This document shows, piece after piece, positions 1 to 13,439 of a DNA stretch of 64,000 bases. The position numbers were made by a program, and so were the translations under genes. This DNA comes from Eledone cirrhosa (Eukaryota): the NCBI GenBank assembly GCA_964016885.1, contig OZ024762.1, positions 18,290,001 through 18,354,000 on the forward strand, in the 5' to 3' direction. The notes beneath the pieces were generated by a model. It was not told the origin of the DNA, did not search any database, and saw only the letters and a list, made by a program, of their open reading frames with translations. Position 1 is the first letter of the stretch, and each line of letters begins with the position of its first letter.

Positions 1-63
1 TGGTGGTGGTGATGATGGTGGTGATGATGATGGTGGTGATGATGATGGTGGTGATGATGGTGA

Positions 64-95
<32 letters not shown>

Positions 96-515
96 ATGGT
101 GGTGATGATGATGATGGTGGTGATGATGGTGATGATGATGGTGGTGACGACGACGACGATGATGGTGGTGATGATGATGGTGATGATGGTGGTGATGGTG
201 GTGATGGTGGTGATGATGGTGGTGATGGTGGTGATGATTATGGTGGTGGTGATTATGGTGATGATATGGTGGTGGTGGTGGTGAGATAGTGGTAGTGATG
301 ATGCTGATGGTGATGATGGTAGTGATGATGATGATGATGGTGATGATGTCAGTGATGGTAGTGATGGTGGTGGTGGTGATGACGGTTGTAGGTGGTGGTG
401 ATGATGATGATGATGATGGTGATGATGATGGTAGTGATGGTGGTGATGGTGATGACGGTTGTAGGTGGTGATGATGATAATGATGATGATGATGATGATG
501 ATGGTGATGGCGATG
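1..515. repeat. (GAT/GGT)n compound trinucleotide microsatellite
   Basis: Continuous gat/ggt units; the Met/Val-rich ORFs here are artefacts of the repeat. Confidence 0.95.
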
Positions 516-666
516 AAGGGCAACAAGACATCTGGACAAAAACAGCTGGCGGGGGTTTAAGGGCAGTAATGACGGTGAAATAAAGGTAGGTAGGCGTTAA
601 GAGAGTTAGAAGGCCACAAGACTTCACGAAAATTAGACTTAGACGAAAAGACAAAACCGAACTTAC

Positions 667-780
667 CTCTTTCCGTAGTAATTCTCTTTCCGAAAAGAAA
701 TCTTCAGCGTAGGTTGTAATAAATAATTTAACACGGGTCGAATCTTCAGAGTGATCTCGTGAAGATAGGGCACACGCCAT
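667..780 (-). CDS. Probable coding exon of a DUF4062-type protein (TTC41/TEP1/NPHP3-like N-terminal domain); gene continues left of the window
   Basis: MACALSSRDHSEDSTRVKLFITTYAEDFFSERELLRKE ends at a GAG|GTAAGT donor (666-661). VKLFITT..DFFSERELL resembles the remembered DUF4062 motif RxFxSSTFxDFxxERxxL. ATG at 780 has A at -3 and G at +4. Candidate acceptors at 866 (ttcctccacag) or 811. Confidence 0.55.
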
Positions 781-947
781 TATATGTTCATGGGTGTTGG
801 TCAAAGATGTCTAATAGAAGAGATCCAGATTGGTGGAACTGTGACAACATTCTTCACCATATTTTCTGTGGAGGAAATAGAAAATAAATAAATTAATCAA
901 TCATCATCATCATCATCATCATTGTCCTCCTTACCATCATTATAGTA

Positions 948-1388
948 CGCCGAGGTTAACTTTGCCTTTCATCCTTACGGGGGTCGGTAAAATAAAGTAC
1001 CAGTAATGTACTGGGATAATTGCTGGCCTTGTGCCAAAAGTAGAAACAATTAAATATTATTTTATATTAGGTGGATTGGCAGTATCGGTAGAGGGTCGGA
1101 CGCCATGCTTTGCAGCATAGAGTTACGGCCCTTTATGGTCTGAGCTCAAAATAAATAATATCAAAATTTCATGGATTCAATATTATGTGAGATAAAGCTT
1201 TTACTGTGAAAATATAATTGTTTCTACTTTAGGCACAAGGCCAGCAATTACCCCAGTGCATTACTGGTACTTTATTTTATCGACCCCGTAAGGATGAAAG
1301 GCAAAGTCAACCTCGGCGGGATTTGAACTCAGATCGTAAAGGGACGTAACTATGCTGGAAAGCATGGCGTCCGACCCTCTACCGATTA
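948..1388. mobile_element. Cluster of SINE-B pieces (tRNA head plus Deu/Nin-like central domain) in both orientations
   Basis: gccgaggttaactttgcctttcatccttacgggggtcggtaaaataaagtacc on + at 949, inverted copy at about 1215-1388. The same sequence recurs many times in the window. Domain name is from memory. Confidence 0.75.
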
Positions 1389-2019
1389 TAATAGTATATA
1401 TAGAGTAATGTAAATGCTGAAGAGTTAACCATTTAGCATTTAAGTCTGTTCAAACCAGTCGTAACTGGCCACTCATAGTGATGTTAAGGTATTGTTCCCG
1501 AAATAAGTATAAAAATCCCGTAGATTCGATATTACGTGAGATAAAGCTTTTTCCATGAAAATAAATAAATAGACCGGTACTTTTTTTTTTTATCAACCTT
1601 GAATGGATGAAAGGCAAAGTTGACCTCGGCGGGATTTGAACTCAGAGAGCTGATAGCTGGAACGAATACCACAAAACATTCAATCAGACATTCTAAAGAC
1701 TGCCATTCTACCTTCTCTCCCCACACCCTGCTGCATACCTGGATCTTGGACAGTGAGGGAGGGAGTGAATGAGGGGAAAGAGTGATGGTGGGAGAGAAGA
1801 GAGTGAGACAGTGGTAGAGAGAGGGTGAGAGAGACAGTGGTAGAGAGAGGGTGAGAGAGACAGTGGTAGAGAGAGGGTGAGAGTGTGTGTGTGTGTGGGT
1901 GGTTGTTAGAAGACATACACATCCTGTACTTAGTAACCAACACACATATACACATTCTGTACTAACACACACACACACACGCGTGCGCACGTCCTACAAA
2001 TACCAACTTCCAGTATTCA

Positions 2020-2345
2020 TGGCTACTGTGTGTGTGTGTGTGTGTGTGTGTGCATAGATATATGTATGCGTTAGTGTAGGAGGAGTAATGTGTCAGCTGT
2101 ACTAAGTAGCACCATCAGATGTCCTAACTACAGTGTGTGTATGTGTGTGTGTATGTGTGTATGTATGTGTGTGTGTATGTGTATGTATGTGTGTGTATGT
2201 ATGTGTGTGTATGTATGTGTGTGTATGTGTGTGTGTGTATGTATGTGTGTGTATGTATGTGTGTGTATGTGTGTGTGTGTGTGTGTATGTGTGTGTATGT
2301 GTGTATGTATGTGTGTATGTATGTGTGTGTATGTATGTGTGTGTA

Positions 2346-2377
<32 letters not shown>

Positions 2378-2790
2378 TGTAGGTGTGTATGTATGTGTGT
2401 GTGAATGTATGTGTATGTATGCGTGTATGTGCGTGCGCGCATGTGTGTGTGTGTTTGTATATGTATGTGAGTAAAGGGTAGGACAGTGGTGGAAGGTCAA
2501 TGTGGGTATTTGTAACTGTGAGTTGTGGTGGTGGTGTTGGTGTTGGTGGTAGTGGTAGTGGTGGTGTTGTTGTTGGTGGTAGTGTTGGTGGTGTTGTTGG
2601 TGGTGGTGTTGTTGGCGGTGGTGGTGTTTTTCGGGTGGCGGCGTTGTTGATGTTGGTGGTGGTGGTGCTGTTGTTGGTGTTGTTGGTGGTGGTGGTGTTA
2701 TTGTTGGTGGTGGTGGTGTTGGTGGAGGTGTTAGTGGTGGAGGTGTTGATGTTGATGTTGCTGCTGATGTTGGTAGTGGTGGGGCTGCTG
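2020..2790. repeat. (TG/TATG)n followed by (GGT/GTT)n microsatellites
   Basis: Direct reading. Confidence 0.95.
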
Positions 2791-3843
2791 GATTGTGACA
2801 GGGACAGAGAGGATAAGGACAATGACATCACAATGACAGCAAAACAGGGCTGGGTATAGAGGTGGAGGAGGGCAGAGGGTTTATAAAAAGCAAGGAAGAG
2901 GCGCAGTGATTGAGCTGCAACAAGTGTCTCTCACCGCCACCCGCCTCCCTCCACTTCACTCACAATATCTAATTATATCTTGGTATCCCCCCGACCTCCT
3001 CCCCACCCAGGCCCCACACATACATGCCCCCTATAATGTTTTTCAGGGAGTCAATATGCCCCCTGGTGGGAAGTAAAAGAACGAATCAATAATTCTCAGA
3101 CATGCATACACTAAAATATGTGTGTGTATGTGTGTGTGTGTGCGTGCATGTGTGAGTGTGCATGTATGTATGTGTGCGTGCCCATGTGTGTATGTATATA
3201 TGTGTATTGGTTCCAACTACAAGTGTTGCAGCTGATTTGAACAACCTTCCAATGAAATTAGCACACAAGTGGCTGAGTATTCCACAGATATGTGTACCCT
3301 TAATATAGTTTCTCAGGGTAGATTTACATTGCTACAGAGAGAGAGAGAGAGAGAGAGAGAGCTAGGGGTGACCCTTTGAATTACTGGTACAACACATTAC
3401 CAGCTCAGTTGACTGGAGCAATGTGAAATAAAAGTGTCTTGCTCAAGGAAACAATGTGTCATGGAGGTTTTAACTCAGGATCTTCTATGGTTGTGAGATG
3501 AACACTAATCACTAAGGTACTTGTCCCACACTCAAACACACTTTCACACACACTTTCACACACACAAATACACAACACAAACACAAATATACATTTTCAC
3601 ATACACACAAATACACATTTTGACATACACACACAAATACACATTTTCACACGCACACACACATTTTCACATACACACACACAAATATACATTTCCACAT
3701 ACGCACACACATAAATATACATTTTCACATCCACACACACAAATATATATTTCCACATACACACGCACATAAATATACATTTACACAAACATCCACACAC
3801 ACATACACACAAATACACATTTTCACATATACATATACATGAT

Positions 3844-4189
3844 GGAGGCACATGGCTTAGTGGTTAGAGCATTGGCCTTGCAATTGAAAGGTTGTGAGTT
3901 CAATTCTCAGACCGAGTGATGTGTTGTTTCCTTGAGCAAGACACTTTATTTCACATTGCTCCAGTTTACTCAGCTGTAGAAATGAGATTATAGGGACTGG
4001 GGTCCCTATCATTCCACTGTAAAGTGGACGTGTAGGTGCCACAGAAAAATAGCACCCAGCACTCACTGTAAATGAGGTTGGTGTTAGGAAGGGCATCCAG
4101 CTGTAGAAATCAAGCCAGAATCAGTTCCCATCCCACCCTTGCAAGCAGAGAAAAAGCGGACGTAAAATGATGATGATGATGATGATGAT
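3844..4189 (+). mobile_element. SINE-A, full length (tRNA head, CORE-like domain, LINE-derived 3' end, (ATG)n tail)
   Basis: A box TGGCTTAGTGG, B box GAGTTCAATTC, CORE-like ccttgagcaagacactttatttcacattgctccag, tail cgtaaaatgatgatg; 7 near-identical copies in the window. Confidence 0.9.
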
Positions 4190-4230
4190 ATGTGTGTGTG
4201 TGTATATATGTGTGTATGTGTATGTATATA

Positions 4231-4288
<58 letters not shown>

Positions 4289-4980
4289 GTCGTGCAGGTG
4301 CCATGGCAAAAAAGCACCCAGCACTCACTGTAAATGAGGTTGGTGTTAGGAAGGGCATCCAGCTGTAGAAATCAAGCCAGAATCAGTTCCCGTCCCACCC
4401 TTGCAAGCAGGGAAAAGCGGACGTAAAATGAAATGATGATGATGATGATGATGATACACAACAGTTTCACAGAGAAACACACTTACACACACACTGAGAA
4501 ACACCAGTTGATTTCTAACAAAGGACAATCCTCAATAGAAGGGGAGGAGGCACAGAAGGGAGAGGAAGGGGAGATGTAATTAGTATAATTAATTGATAAC
4601 ATAATACAAATCACTGTCCAACAAAATTATTTGGAATTTTGTTGTTGCTTTTTCTGTGTTTCTGTTTGTATAGAATATGTCTTGATTGTTGTATTAGTTA
4701 ATGTCTGAGGGAAAGCATGTAGCCTAGTGACAAGGGCATTGAACATTCTCCATGCCCCAAAATTGTTGGCCTTGTGCCTAAATCAGAAACCATTAGTTAA
4801 TGTCTGTTAGTCTTCTTTGTCAAGGGGAGTGGTTAGGTTGGATGTTTGGCTCACAATTGTAAGGTCATAAATTCAATTACCCCCCTCCCGCCACATGGTA
4901 GTGTATTGAATCCTTGAGCAAGGCACTTCATTTCACGTGGCTACAGTCCACTCAGCTAGCAAAAAATCTCATAGTATATC

Positions 4981-5280
4981 CAGAGGCATAACCAGGTAAA
5001 ATAGCATCTATGGCAAGCAGTGGAATTGCACCCCTGCCCAGCACTGTATTTTTACCTATGGAGGCCTAATAATTTATATAAATGGTTTAATGACCCAGCC
5101 ACCATAGTGTTCTCCTCGATGATAATCAGAGACAGATCATACATCTGAAGAAGTTTCTTTTTTCACTCTCAGGCGAGGCTTATTTGACTTTAATAGAACC
5201 TGCTCCTAGTCCAAGTGGCGCCCTGTTCAAGGGGCACCCATGGCATGTACCATGCTTGCCATACCCTAGCTATGCCTCTG
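4981..5280. mobile_element. Non-autonomous hAT-like MITE
   Basis: TIRs CAGAGGCATAACCAGG / CCTAGCTATGCCTCTG; 8-bp TSD agtatatc/agtatata. Confidence 0.75.
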
Positions 5281-5475
5281 AGTATATAGCTTATAGTGAT
5301 ATCACTGAAATAAGACAAAATTAACTACCAACTTCAGATCTAATAACATGCAAATTAGTTTGTCCATTTCACTGATACTACTATCATCTCATTACTCAGC
5401 ATGTACATTTATATACACATGTACACAATCTCGGTTACCTCTATAATATCTCTCCCTATATACACATATATATGT

Positions 5476-5963
<488 letters not shown>

Positions 5964-6895
5964 TTAAGGATACTATTTATGGTTATGTATATACTAAAAC
6001 TATTTATAGTTATATATATTTTAAACCCTAAACAGTGAAAGACAGTAATTTATTACTACCTTATTACCAGTAAGATAAATAGCTCAATGTAATAACATCA
6101 GTTGTTCTACAGAGCAGTTATATAGAATATTCTATATGTATATATATATCCCAGTAGACAACTGGTGAGGAACCCCCCCCCCCCCCCACACACACACGCC
6201 GTTCTTGCTTTCTTCTTATTCCCACTCCATCTTAAGCTACCTTAAATAGCAACTACACAGCCAATCCTATTTTCCATATATTTTATCATGTTTTTCAATG
6301 TGCCCAGTCTTCTCTCTCCTCCTACCTACCTATTTCGTTACTATCTACTCTTACTCCACTTTCTTCCTCTCACTTTCACTCATCCTCCCTCTGCCTGCCA
6401 CCTCACTGTTTCCTTCACCTGATCCTCTAGTAGTCCTTTTCTCACTTACAACTCGCTGGGGCCAGACGCGTGTCTTTTCTCTCGCCCACACGCTCTTGAA
6501 CTTAAGTTCTCTCAACGCTGTGGTCTTGGGGGTTTTATTACCTTAAGTTGCTCGCACATTGCTCAGTTTGTTGTTTTTTTTTTCGCCGTTTTCTGTTTTC
6601 TTCCCTTTTCTTCTCTTCCCCCCTCCGTTTTCCCAATAACTTACCCAGTTATTGATGCTCTGGGCGGTAGATATCTTGTCTTTAAAGCGTAGAAATATCC
6701 GAGACCCCCAATAGACAACTTGTTGAGGAAAACTCCCTCCCCCATCCGTTCTTTCTTTCTTCTTATTCTCACTCCATTTTAAGCTACCTTAAATAGCAAC
6801 TGCACAGCCAATCCTATTCTCCATGTATATATATTCCTGTCTTAATGACATCACAACTTTCTCCGCTTGGCCTGTTCCCCCCCTTTTGGAACTTT

Positions 6896-6931
6896 TTCCC
6901 CGTTGATGGGCGTGAGCCCGAAATATTGGGA
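6896..6931 (+). ncRNA. Degenerate minimal type I hammerhead motif
   Basis: TTCC CCGTTGA T GGGC-GTGA-GCCC GAAA TATT GGGA; stems I and II pair, core has 2 changes versus CTGATGA. Confidence 0.5.
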
Positions 6932-7446
6932 TTAAATCTCCACTACGGTAACCCTTCTACCTTTGTTTTGTTTTCATCTTTGTCTCTCTCAATTTTCACT
7001 TTCACCTGTTTCTCCTATCTATCTTTCACTTCCTACCTCGAGATTTCCCTCTGCATTGTTGTGGCTTTCTTAACTACGTATTTTACACATTTCACAATGC
7101 TTCAAGCAAACTTTAACACCCTCTTATATATATAAATTAATAAAATAATGAATAAACAAAGAAACAGTTCCTTATATTAAAAAAATTTCTCATTTTACGA
7201 TCGTAGATTTATCTACATATATATATATATATATTTGCTTTTATCCTTCTATGTTGTTTACTTGTCCCCCTCGCTCTACGCGATTTACTGGTCCCAATAA
7301 CTTTTTTTAGTTATTGCTCGCACCAACCTGAGGTATATGATTTTTAATGCGATGAAATACCAATGATGGTTGGAAAATCACTGACGAAGGACTATTTTTA
7401 TCATATGTAACCCATTTGCAAACATGCAGTATTCTTCTTTCTTCTC

Positions 7447-7491
<45 letters not shown>

Positions 7492-7979
7492 TACATATGT
7501 CCAGGTTGTTTAGAATTTGTTCCCAGCAATGTCTACTGATCCATATCACTATATAACAATACAACCCCCCCACCCCACACTGCCATACTACCACCACCAT
7601 TACCATCACTACCATCACCACCACCACCACCACCATACTACCACCATCACCACTTCTATTTCCAGCCCAAAAAATCAACAACAGTTGTTGATTTCTATAC
7701 TAACTCCACATTTTTCTTTGATTACATACATATAACCCTCACCCCCATCCACACCCCTCCATAGCCATCCCCACCCTGCTACCAACAACCACCAGCCCCT
7801 CCATTGTTCCCCACCCTCTCTTGTCACACCCACCATGCTACCAATAACCACCATAATTTAATTATTACATACACCCAACCACCACACCCTCCATTGTAAC
7901 AAGCCCCCACCCATCATCATTTAAATATACATATAAACCTCGCGCTTTCCTTGGCCTTCATTACTATCACCCTACTTTT

Positions 7980-8960
7980 AACTACCACCACCAACAACAA
8001 CAACAATACCAGCAACACCACCACTACAACCATCACTGCTACCACCACTATCACTACCAACATCACTGCCACCAACACCACCCCCACAACCACCACTACT
8101 ACCACTACCACCATCACCACCACAGCCACCACCATCACTACTATCACCACTGCAACCACTACCAATACTACCACTACCACCACTACCACCACCAATACTA
8201 CCACTACCACAGCCACCACCACCATCACCATTACTACCACTACCACCACCACCATCACCACTACTACCACTACCACCACCACCACCATCACCACTACTAC
8301 CACCACCATCACCACTACTACCACTACCACCACCACCACCACCACCACAATCACTACCACCACCATCACCACTACTACCACTAACACAGCCGCAACCACC
8401 ACCACCACCACCACCATCACCATTACTACCACCACCACCATCATTACTACCACTACCATCACCACTACTACCACTACAACCACAACTACTACCACCACCA
8501 CCACCATTACTACCACTACCACCACAATTACTACCACTACCACCACAATTACTACCACCACCATCACCACTACTACCACCACTACTACCACAACCACCAT
8601 CACCATTACTAACACCACCACCATCACCATTACTACCACCACCATCACCACTACTACCACAACCACCATCACCATTACTAACACCACCACCATCACCACC
8701 ACCACCACCACCACCACCACCACCACTACCACAACCACCATCACCATTACTAACACCACCACCATCACCACTACCACCACCACCACCACTACTACTACCA
8801 CCACCATCACCACTACTACTACTACCACAACCATCACCACCACTACTACCACTACCACCAACACCATCACCACTACTACCACCACCACTACCACCACAAC
8901 CATCACCACCACTACTACCACTACCACAACCACCATCACCACTATCATCACCAGAACCAC
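7980..8960. repeat. (ACC/ACT/ATC)n trinucleotide microsatellite
   Basis: Direct reading; poly-Thr and poly-Val ORFs are artefacts. Confidence 0.95.
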
Positions 8961-9099
8961 CAAAAACATCCTGGTTTAGTTAAGTCACCTTACATGTACA
9001 TACATACATGTGTGCGTGTGTTGGTATTTGCAAGTGCGTGTGCGTGCATCAGTATGTGTTTGTATGTGTCAGTATGTGTGAGAGTGTGTGTGTGTGTAT

Positions 9100-9985
9100 G
9101 CAAGTCGGTGTATATGTATGTGTATGTGTGTGAGTCAGTGTATGTCTATGTGAGTCAGTGTATGTATGTGTATGTGAGTCAGTGTATGTCTGTGTGAGTC
9201 AGTGTATGTGTATGTGAGTCAGTGTATGTCTATGTGAGTCAGTGTATGTCTATGTGAGTCAGTGTATGTCTGTGTGAGTCAGTGTATGTGTATGTCAGTC
9301 AGTGTATGTCTATGTGAGTCAGTGTATGTATGTGTATGTGAGTCAGTGTATGTGTATGTGAGTCAGTGTATGTATGTGTGTATGTGAGTCAGTATGTATG
9401 TGAGTCAGTGTGTGTATGTGTGTGTGAGTCAGTGTATGTATGTGTGTATGTGAGTCAGTGTATGTATGTGTATGTGAGTCAGTGTATGTATGTGTATGTG
9501 AGTCAGTGTATGTATGTGTATGTGAGTCAGTGTATGTATGTGTGTATGTGAGTCAGTGTGTGTATGTGTGTGTGAGTCAGTGTATGTATGTGTGTATGTG
9601 AGTCAGTGTATGTATGTGTGTATGTGAGTCAGTGTATGTATGTGTATGTGTGTCAGTGTATGTATGTGTATGTGAGTCAGTGTATGTATGTGTATGTGGG
9701 TCAGTGTATGTATGTGTATGTGAGTTAGTGTGTGTGTGTATGAGAGTCAGTGTATGTATGTGTATGTGATTCAGTGTATGTATGTGTATGTGAGTCAGTG
9801 TGTGTGTGTGTGTGTGTCAGTGTATGTATGTGTATGTGGGTCAGTGTGTGTGTGTGTATGAGTCAGTGTATGTATGTGTATGTGATTCAGTGTATGTATG
9901 TGTATATGAGTCAGTGTGTGTGTGTGTCAGTGTATGTATGTGTATGTGAGTCAGTGTGTGTGTGTCAGTGTATGTATGTGTATGA
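9100..9985. repeat. Minisatellite of about 20-26 bp, gtgagtcagtgtatgtatgtgtat
   Basis: Repeated gtgagtcag cores separated by variable tatg/tg units. Confidence 0.9.
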
Positions 9986-10168
9986 AAATCAATAGGTTCT
10001 GAATGAACAAACAGATGGACAAAGAACTTATTGATCTTTCTGTGGTGGTTCAATGACCGAACCCTATCACATCACTGCAGTCTATGTAAAGTGGGGGGAT
10101 TGTAGTGGAGTGGGTGTTGTAGTGGTGGTGATGGAGTGGGCTACTTTTCTTCTCTAGTTTACGTTGTA

Positions 10169-10211
<43 letters not shown>

Positions 10212-10213
<2 letters not shown>

Positions 10214-10553
10214 CATCATCATCATTTCATTTTACGTCTGTTTTTTCCCTGCTTGCAAGGGTGGGACGGGAACTGATGCTGGCTTGATTTCTACAGCTGG
10301 ATGCCCTTCCTAACACCAACTTCATTTACAGTGAGTGCTGGGTGCTTTTTTCCCGTGGCACCTCCACAACTACTTTGCAGTGGAATGATAGGGACCCCAG
10401 TCCCTATCATCTCATTTCTACAGCTGAGTAAACTGGAGTAATGTGAAATAAAGTGCCTTGCTCAAGCAAACAACACATCACCCGGTCTGAAAATTGAACT
10501 CACAACCTTTCAATTGCAAGGCCAATGCTCTAACCACTAAGCCATGTGCCTCC
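10212..10553 (-). mobile_element. SINE-A, full length
   Basis: Same family as 3844-4189. Confidence 0.9.
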
Positions 10554-10625
10554 ATCTATATATATAAAATAAAATAAAGTAATTAAGTCAAATATTTAAG
10601 ATTTGGCTTCGTTTATTAAAGATGT

Positions 10626-10680
10626 ACTGCTATATATATTTCAGTGACAGCCATCATTGGCTGTGACCTCTTCAGGCAGT
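10626..10680 (-). ncRNA. Type I hammerhead ribozyme, intact core
   Basis: ACTGC CTGAAGA GGTCACAGCCA-ATGA-TGGCTGTCACT GAAA TATATATA GCAGT; 5-bp stem I, 11-position stem II (one C-C mismatch), palindromic minimal stem III, AUA triplet. Confidence 0.85.
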
Positions 10681-10798
10681 TTGAATTGGTGTGGTAGATA
10701 CAGGTACACGTGTTGTTAAAGCGTTTCACTCCGTCAATACTCCGATATATAAATATAAATTCAGCGAGAATTGCATTTTGGCGGGTAGTATATATATA

Positions 10799-11000
10799 TG
10801 AAGGGGTGCTGAATCGCTGCTACTGGGGCCTGGTTGGAGGCCCAATCTTCTGAGTTCTTTTTACAGGGCTTAGAAAAACTGAAGGACCACAGCAATAAGT
10901 GTGTGAATCTGAGAGGGGGAGTATATTGGATAAAATCAAAATTAACTGATCCTCCAATATTTTCTTTACCCAAAGCCAGGAACTTTTCAGCACCCTCTCA
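10799..11000 (+). mobile_element. Internally deleted mariner element
   Basis: TA-flanked TIRs TGAAGGGGTGCTGAA / TTCAGCACCCTCTCA; residual transposase C-terminus WLEAQSSEFFLQGLEKLKDHSNKCVNLRG. Confidence 0.8.
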
Positions 11001-11009
11001 TACGTATGT

Positions 11010-12615
11010 ATGTATGGATAGGTATGTATATAAGGATGTGTGCATGTATGGATAGGTATGTATATAAGGATGTGTGCATGTATGGATAGGTATGTATATA
11101 AGGATGTGTGCATGTATGGATAGGTATGTATATAAGGGTGTGTGCATGTATGGATAGGTATGTATATAAGGATGTGTGCATGTATGGATAGGTATGTATA
11201 TAAGGATGTGTGCATGTATGGATAGGTATGAATATAAGGATGTGTGCATGTATGGATAGGTATGTATATAAGGATGTGTGCATGTATGGATAGGTATGTA
11301 TATAAGGATGTGTGCATGTATGGATAGGTATGTATATAAGGATGTGTGCATGTATGGATAGGTATGTATATAAGGGTGTGTGCATGTATGGATAGGTATG
11401 TATATAAGGATGTGTGCATGTATGGATAGGTATGTATATAAGGATGTGTGCATCTATGGATAGGTATGTATATAAGGATGTGTGCATGTATGGATAGGTA
11501 TGTATATAAGGATGTGTGCATGTATGGATAGGTATGTATATAAGGATGTGTGCATGTATGGATAGGTATGTATATAAGGATGTGTGCATGTATGGATAGG
11601 TATGTATATAAGGATGTGTGCATGTATGGATAGGTATGTATATAAGGATGTGTGCATCTATGGATAGGTATGTATATAAGGATGTGTGCATGTATGGATA
11701 GGTATGTATATAAGGATGTGTGTATGTATGGATAGGTATGTATATAAGGATGTGTGCATGTATGGATAGGTATGTATATAAGGATGTGTGCATGTATGGA
11801 TAGGTATGTATATAAGGATGTGTACATGTATGGATAGGTATGTATATAAGGATGTGTACATGTATGGATAGGTATGTATATAAGGATGTGTGCATGTATG
11901 GATAGGTATGTATATAAGGATGTGTGCATGTATGGATAGGTATGTATATAAGGATGTGTGCATGTATGGATAGGTATGTATATAAGGATGTGTGCATGTA
12001 TGGATAGGTATGTATATAAGGATGTGTGCATGTATGGATAGGTATGTATATAAGGATGTGTGCATCTATGGATAGGTATGTATATAAGGATGTGTGCATG
12101 TATGGATAGGTATGTATATAAGGATGTGTGCATGTATGGATAGGTATGTATATAAGGATGTGTGCATGTATGGATAGGTATGTATATAAGGGTGTGTGCA
12201 TGTATGGATAGGTATGTATATAAGGGTGTGTGCATGTATGGATAGGTATGTATATAAGGATGTGTGCATCTATGGATAGGTATGTATATAAGGGTGTGTG
12301 CATGTATGGATAGGTATGTATATAAGGATGTGTGCATCTATGGATAGGTATGTATATAAGGATGTGTGCATGTATGGATAGGTATGTATATAAGGATGTG
12401 TGCATGTATGGATAGGTATGTATATAAGGATGTGTGCATGTATGGATAGGTATGTATATAAGGATGTGTGCATGTATGGATAGGTATGTATATAAGGGTG
12501 TGTGCATGTATGGATAGGTATGTATATAAGGATGTGTGCATGTATGGATAGGTATGTATATAAGGATGTGTGCATGTATGGATAGGTATGTATATAAGGG
12601 TGTGTGCATGTATGG
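11010..12615. repeat. Highly homogeneous 34-bp minisatellite, about 47 copies
   Basis: Unit tgtgcatgtatggataggtatgtatataaggatg with rare single-base variants. Confidence 0.95.
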
Positions 12616-12629
12616 ATGGATATGTTTGT

Positions 12630-12850
12630 CCTGGAGGGACTAGCACTAAACTTTGGCATTGAGAACTGGACTAACCCCCGAACAGGGTGTCACTGTGTGG
12701 TGCCAAAGGTCCTGTCTTTCACATTTAGAGTAAAGAGCAGATATTGCAATAGCCTGGGGTTCAAAAGCCCTCAAGTCTTCAATAAGCTGCCAAGAAATTT
12801 GAGAGATCTGCATGGTGTGGACGTGGATGGTTTCAAGAAATATCTTGATA
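12630..12850 (+). mobile_element. CR1/L2-group LINE ORF2 C-terminal fragment
   Basis: RYCNSLGFKSPQVFNKLPRNLRDLHGVDVDGFKKYLD matches the P.LFN.LP..LR...FK..LD pattern. Confidence 0.65.
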
Positions 12851-13439
12851 GAACATGCAGCAACAAGGGTGGTACCCCAGCATGGCCTCAGCCGGATGGC
12901 TGGAACAGTTAAAAAGGTAAAAGAGAATATATGCATATGTGTATGTATTTAATTTAGGTCTGTGGTGGTTTAGTTAACATGAACTGGAGATGGCAAGAGT
13001 GAGGTGGGGGCCAAGAAGGGGGACCGTAGTGGTGGTGTTGTGAAGAAGATTGAGGGGGGTGGAAACTGGAGAGAGGGAGAAGGATAAAGAAAGGTGGGGG
13101 TGGGCAAGGGAGAGGAAGAACATTCAATGTTTTGTTTATTTGATGGGGAGGGGGGTATTTTTTCAAAGTAATCAAAGAACATCCCCCTCTCATCTTGTTC
13201 CCCACCCCCTCAACCCGAAAGAATAAACAAAAATGCCATCATCATCATCATTTAACATCCTGGTTTCCATGCCGACATTAAATGATGATGAAAGATGATG
13301 ATGATGTCTTTTCTGTTTATTCTGTGGAGGAGGTGGGGGTTGAGGGAAAAAGGGGGAAAGAGGAAAGAATGAGGGTCTTTGATTAATTTGAAAAAAGAAG
13401 CAACTCCCTCCCCCTGTCATCTTTCAATGTTCATCCTCA

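Noticed and set aside
3844-3915. tRNA gene
   Set aside because: A and B boxes are present, but it is the head of a multi-copy SINE and no full cloverleaf is evident
7381-7440. CTGACGAAGG possible hammerhead core
   Set aside because: No closing stem II or GAAA could be identified
7917-8979. Mucin-like poly-Thr or poly-Val ORFs
   Set aside because: Trinucleotide microsatellite with no splice or domain support
10820-12659. 505- and 540-aa His/Tyr-rich ORFs
   Set aside because: Translation of a 34-bp minisatellite
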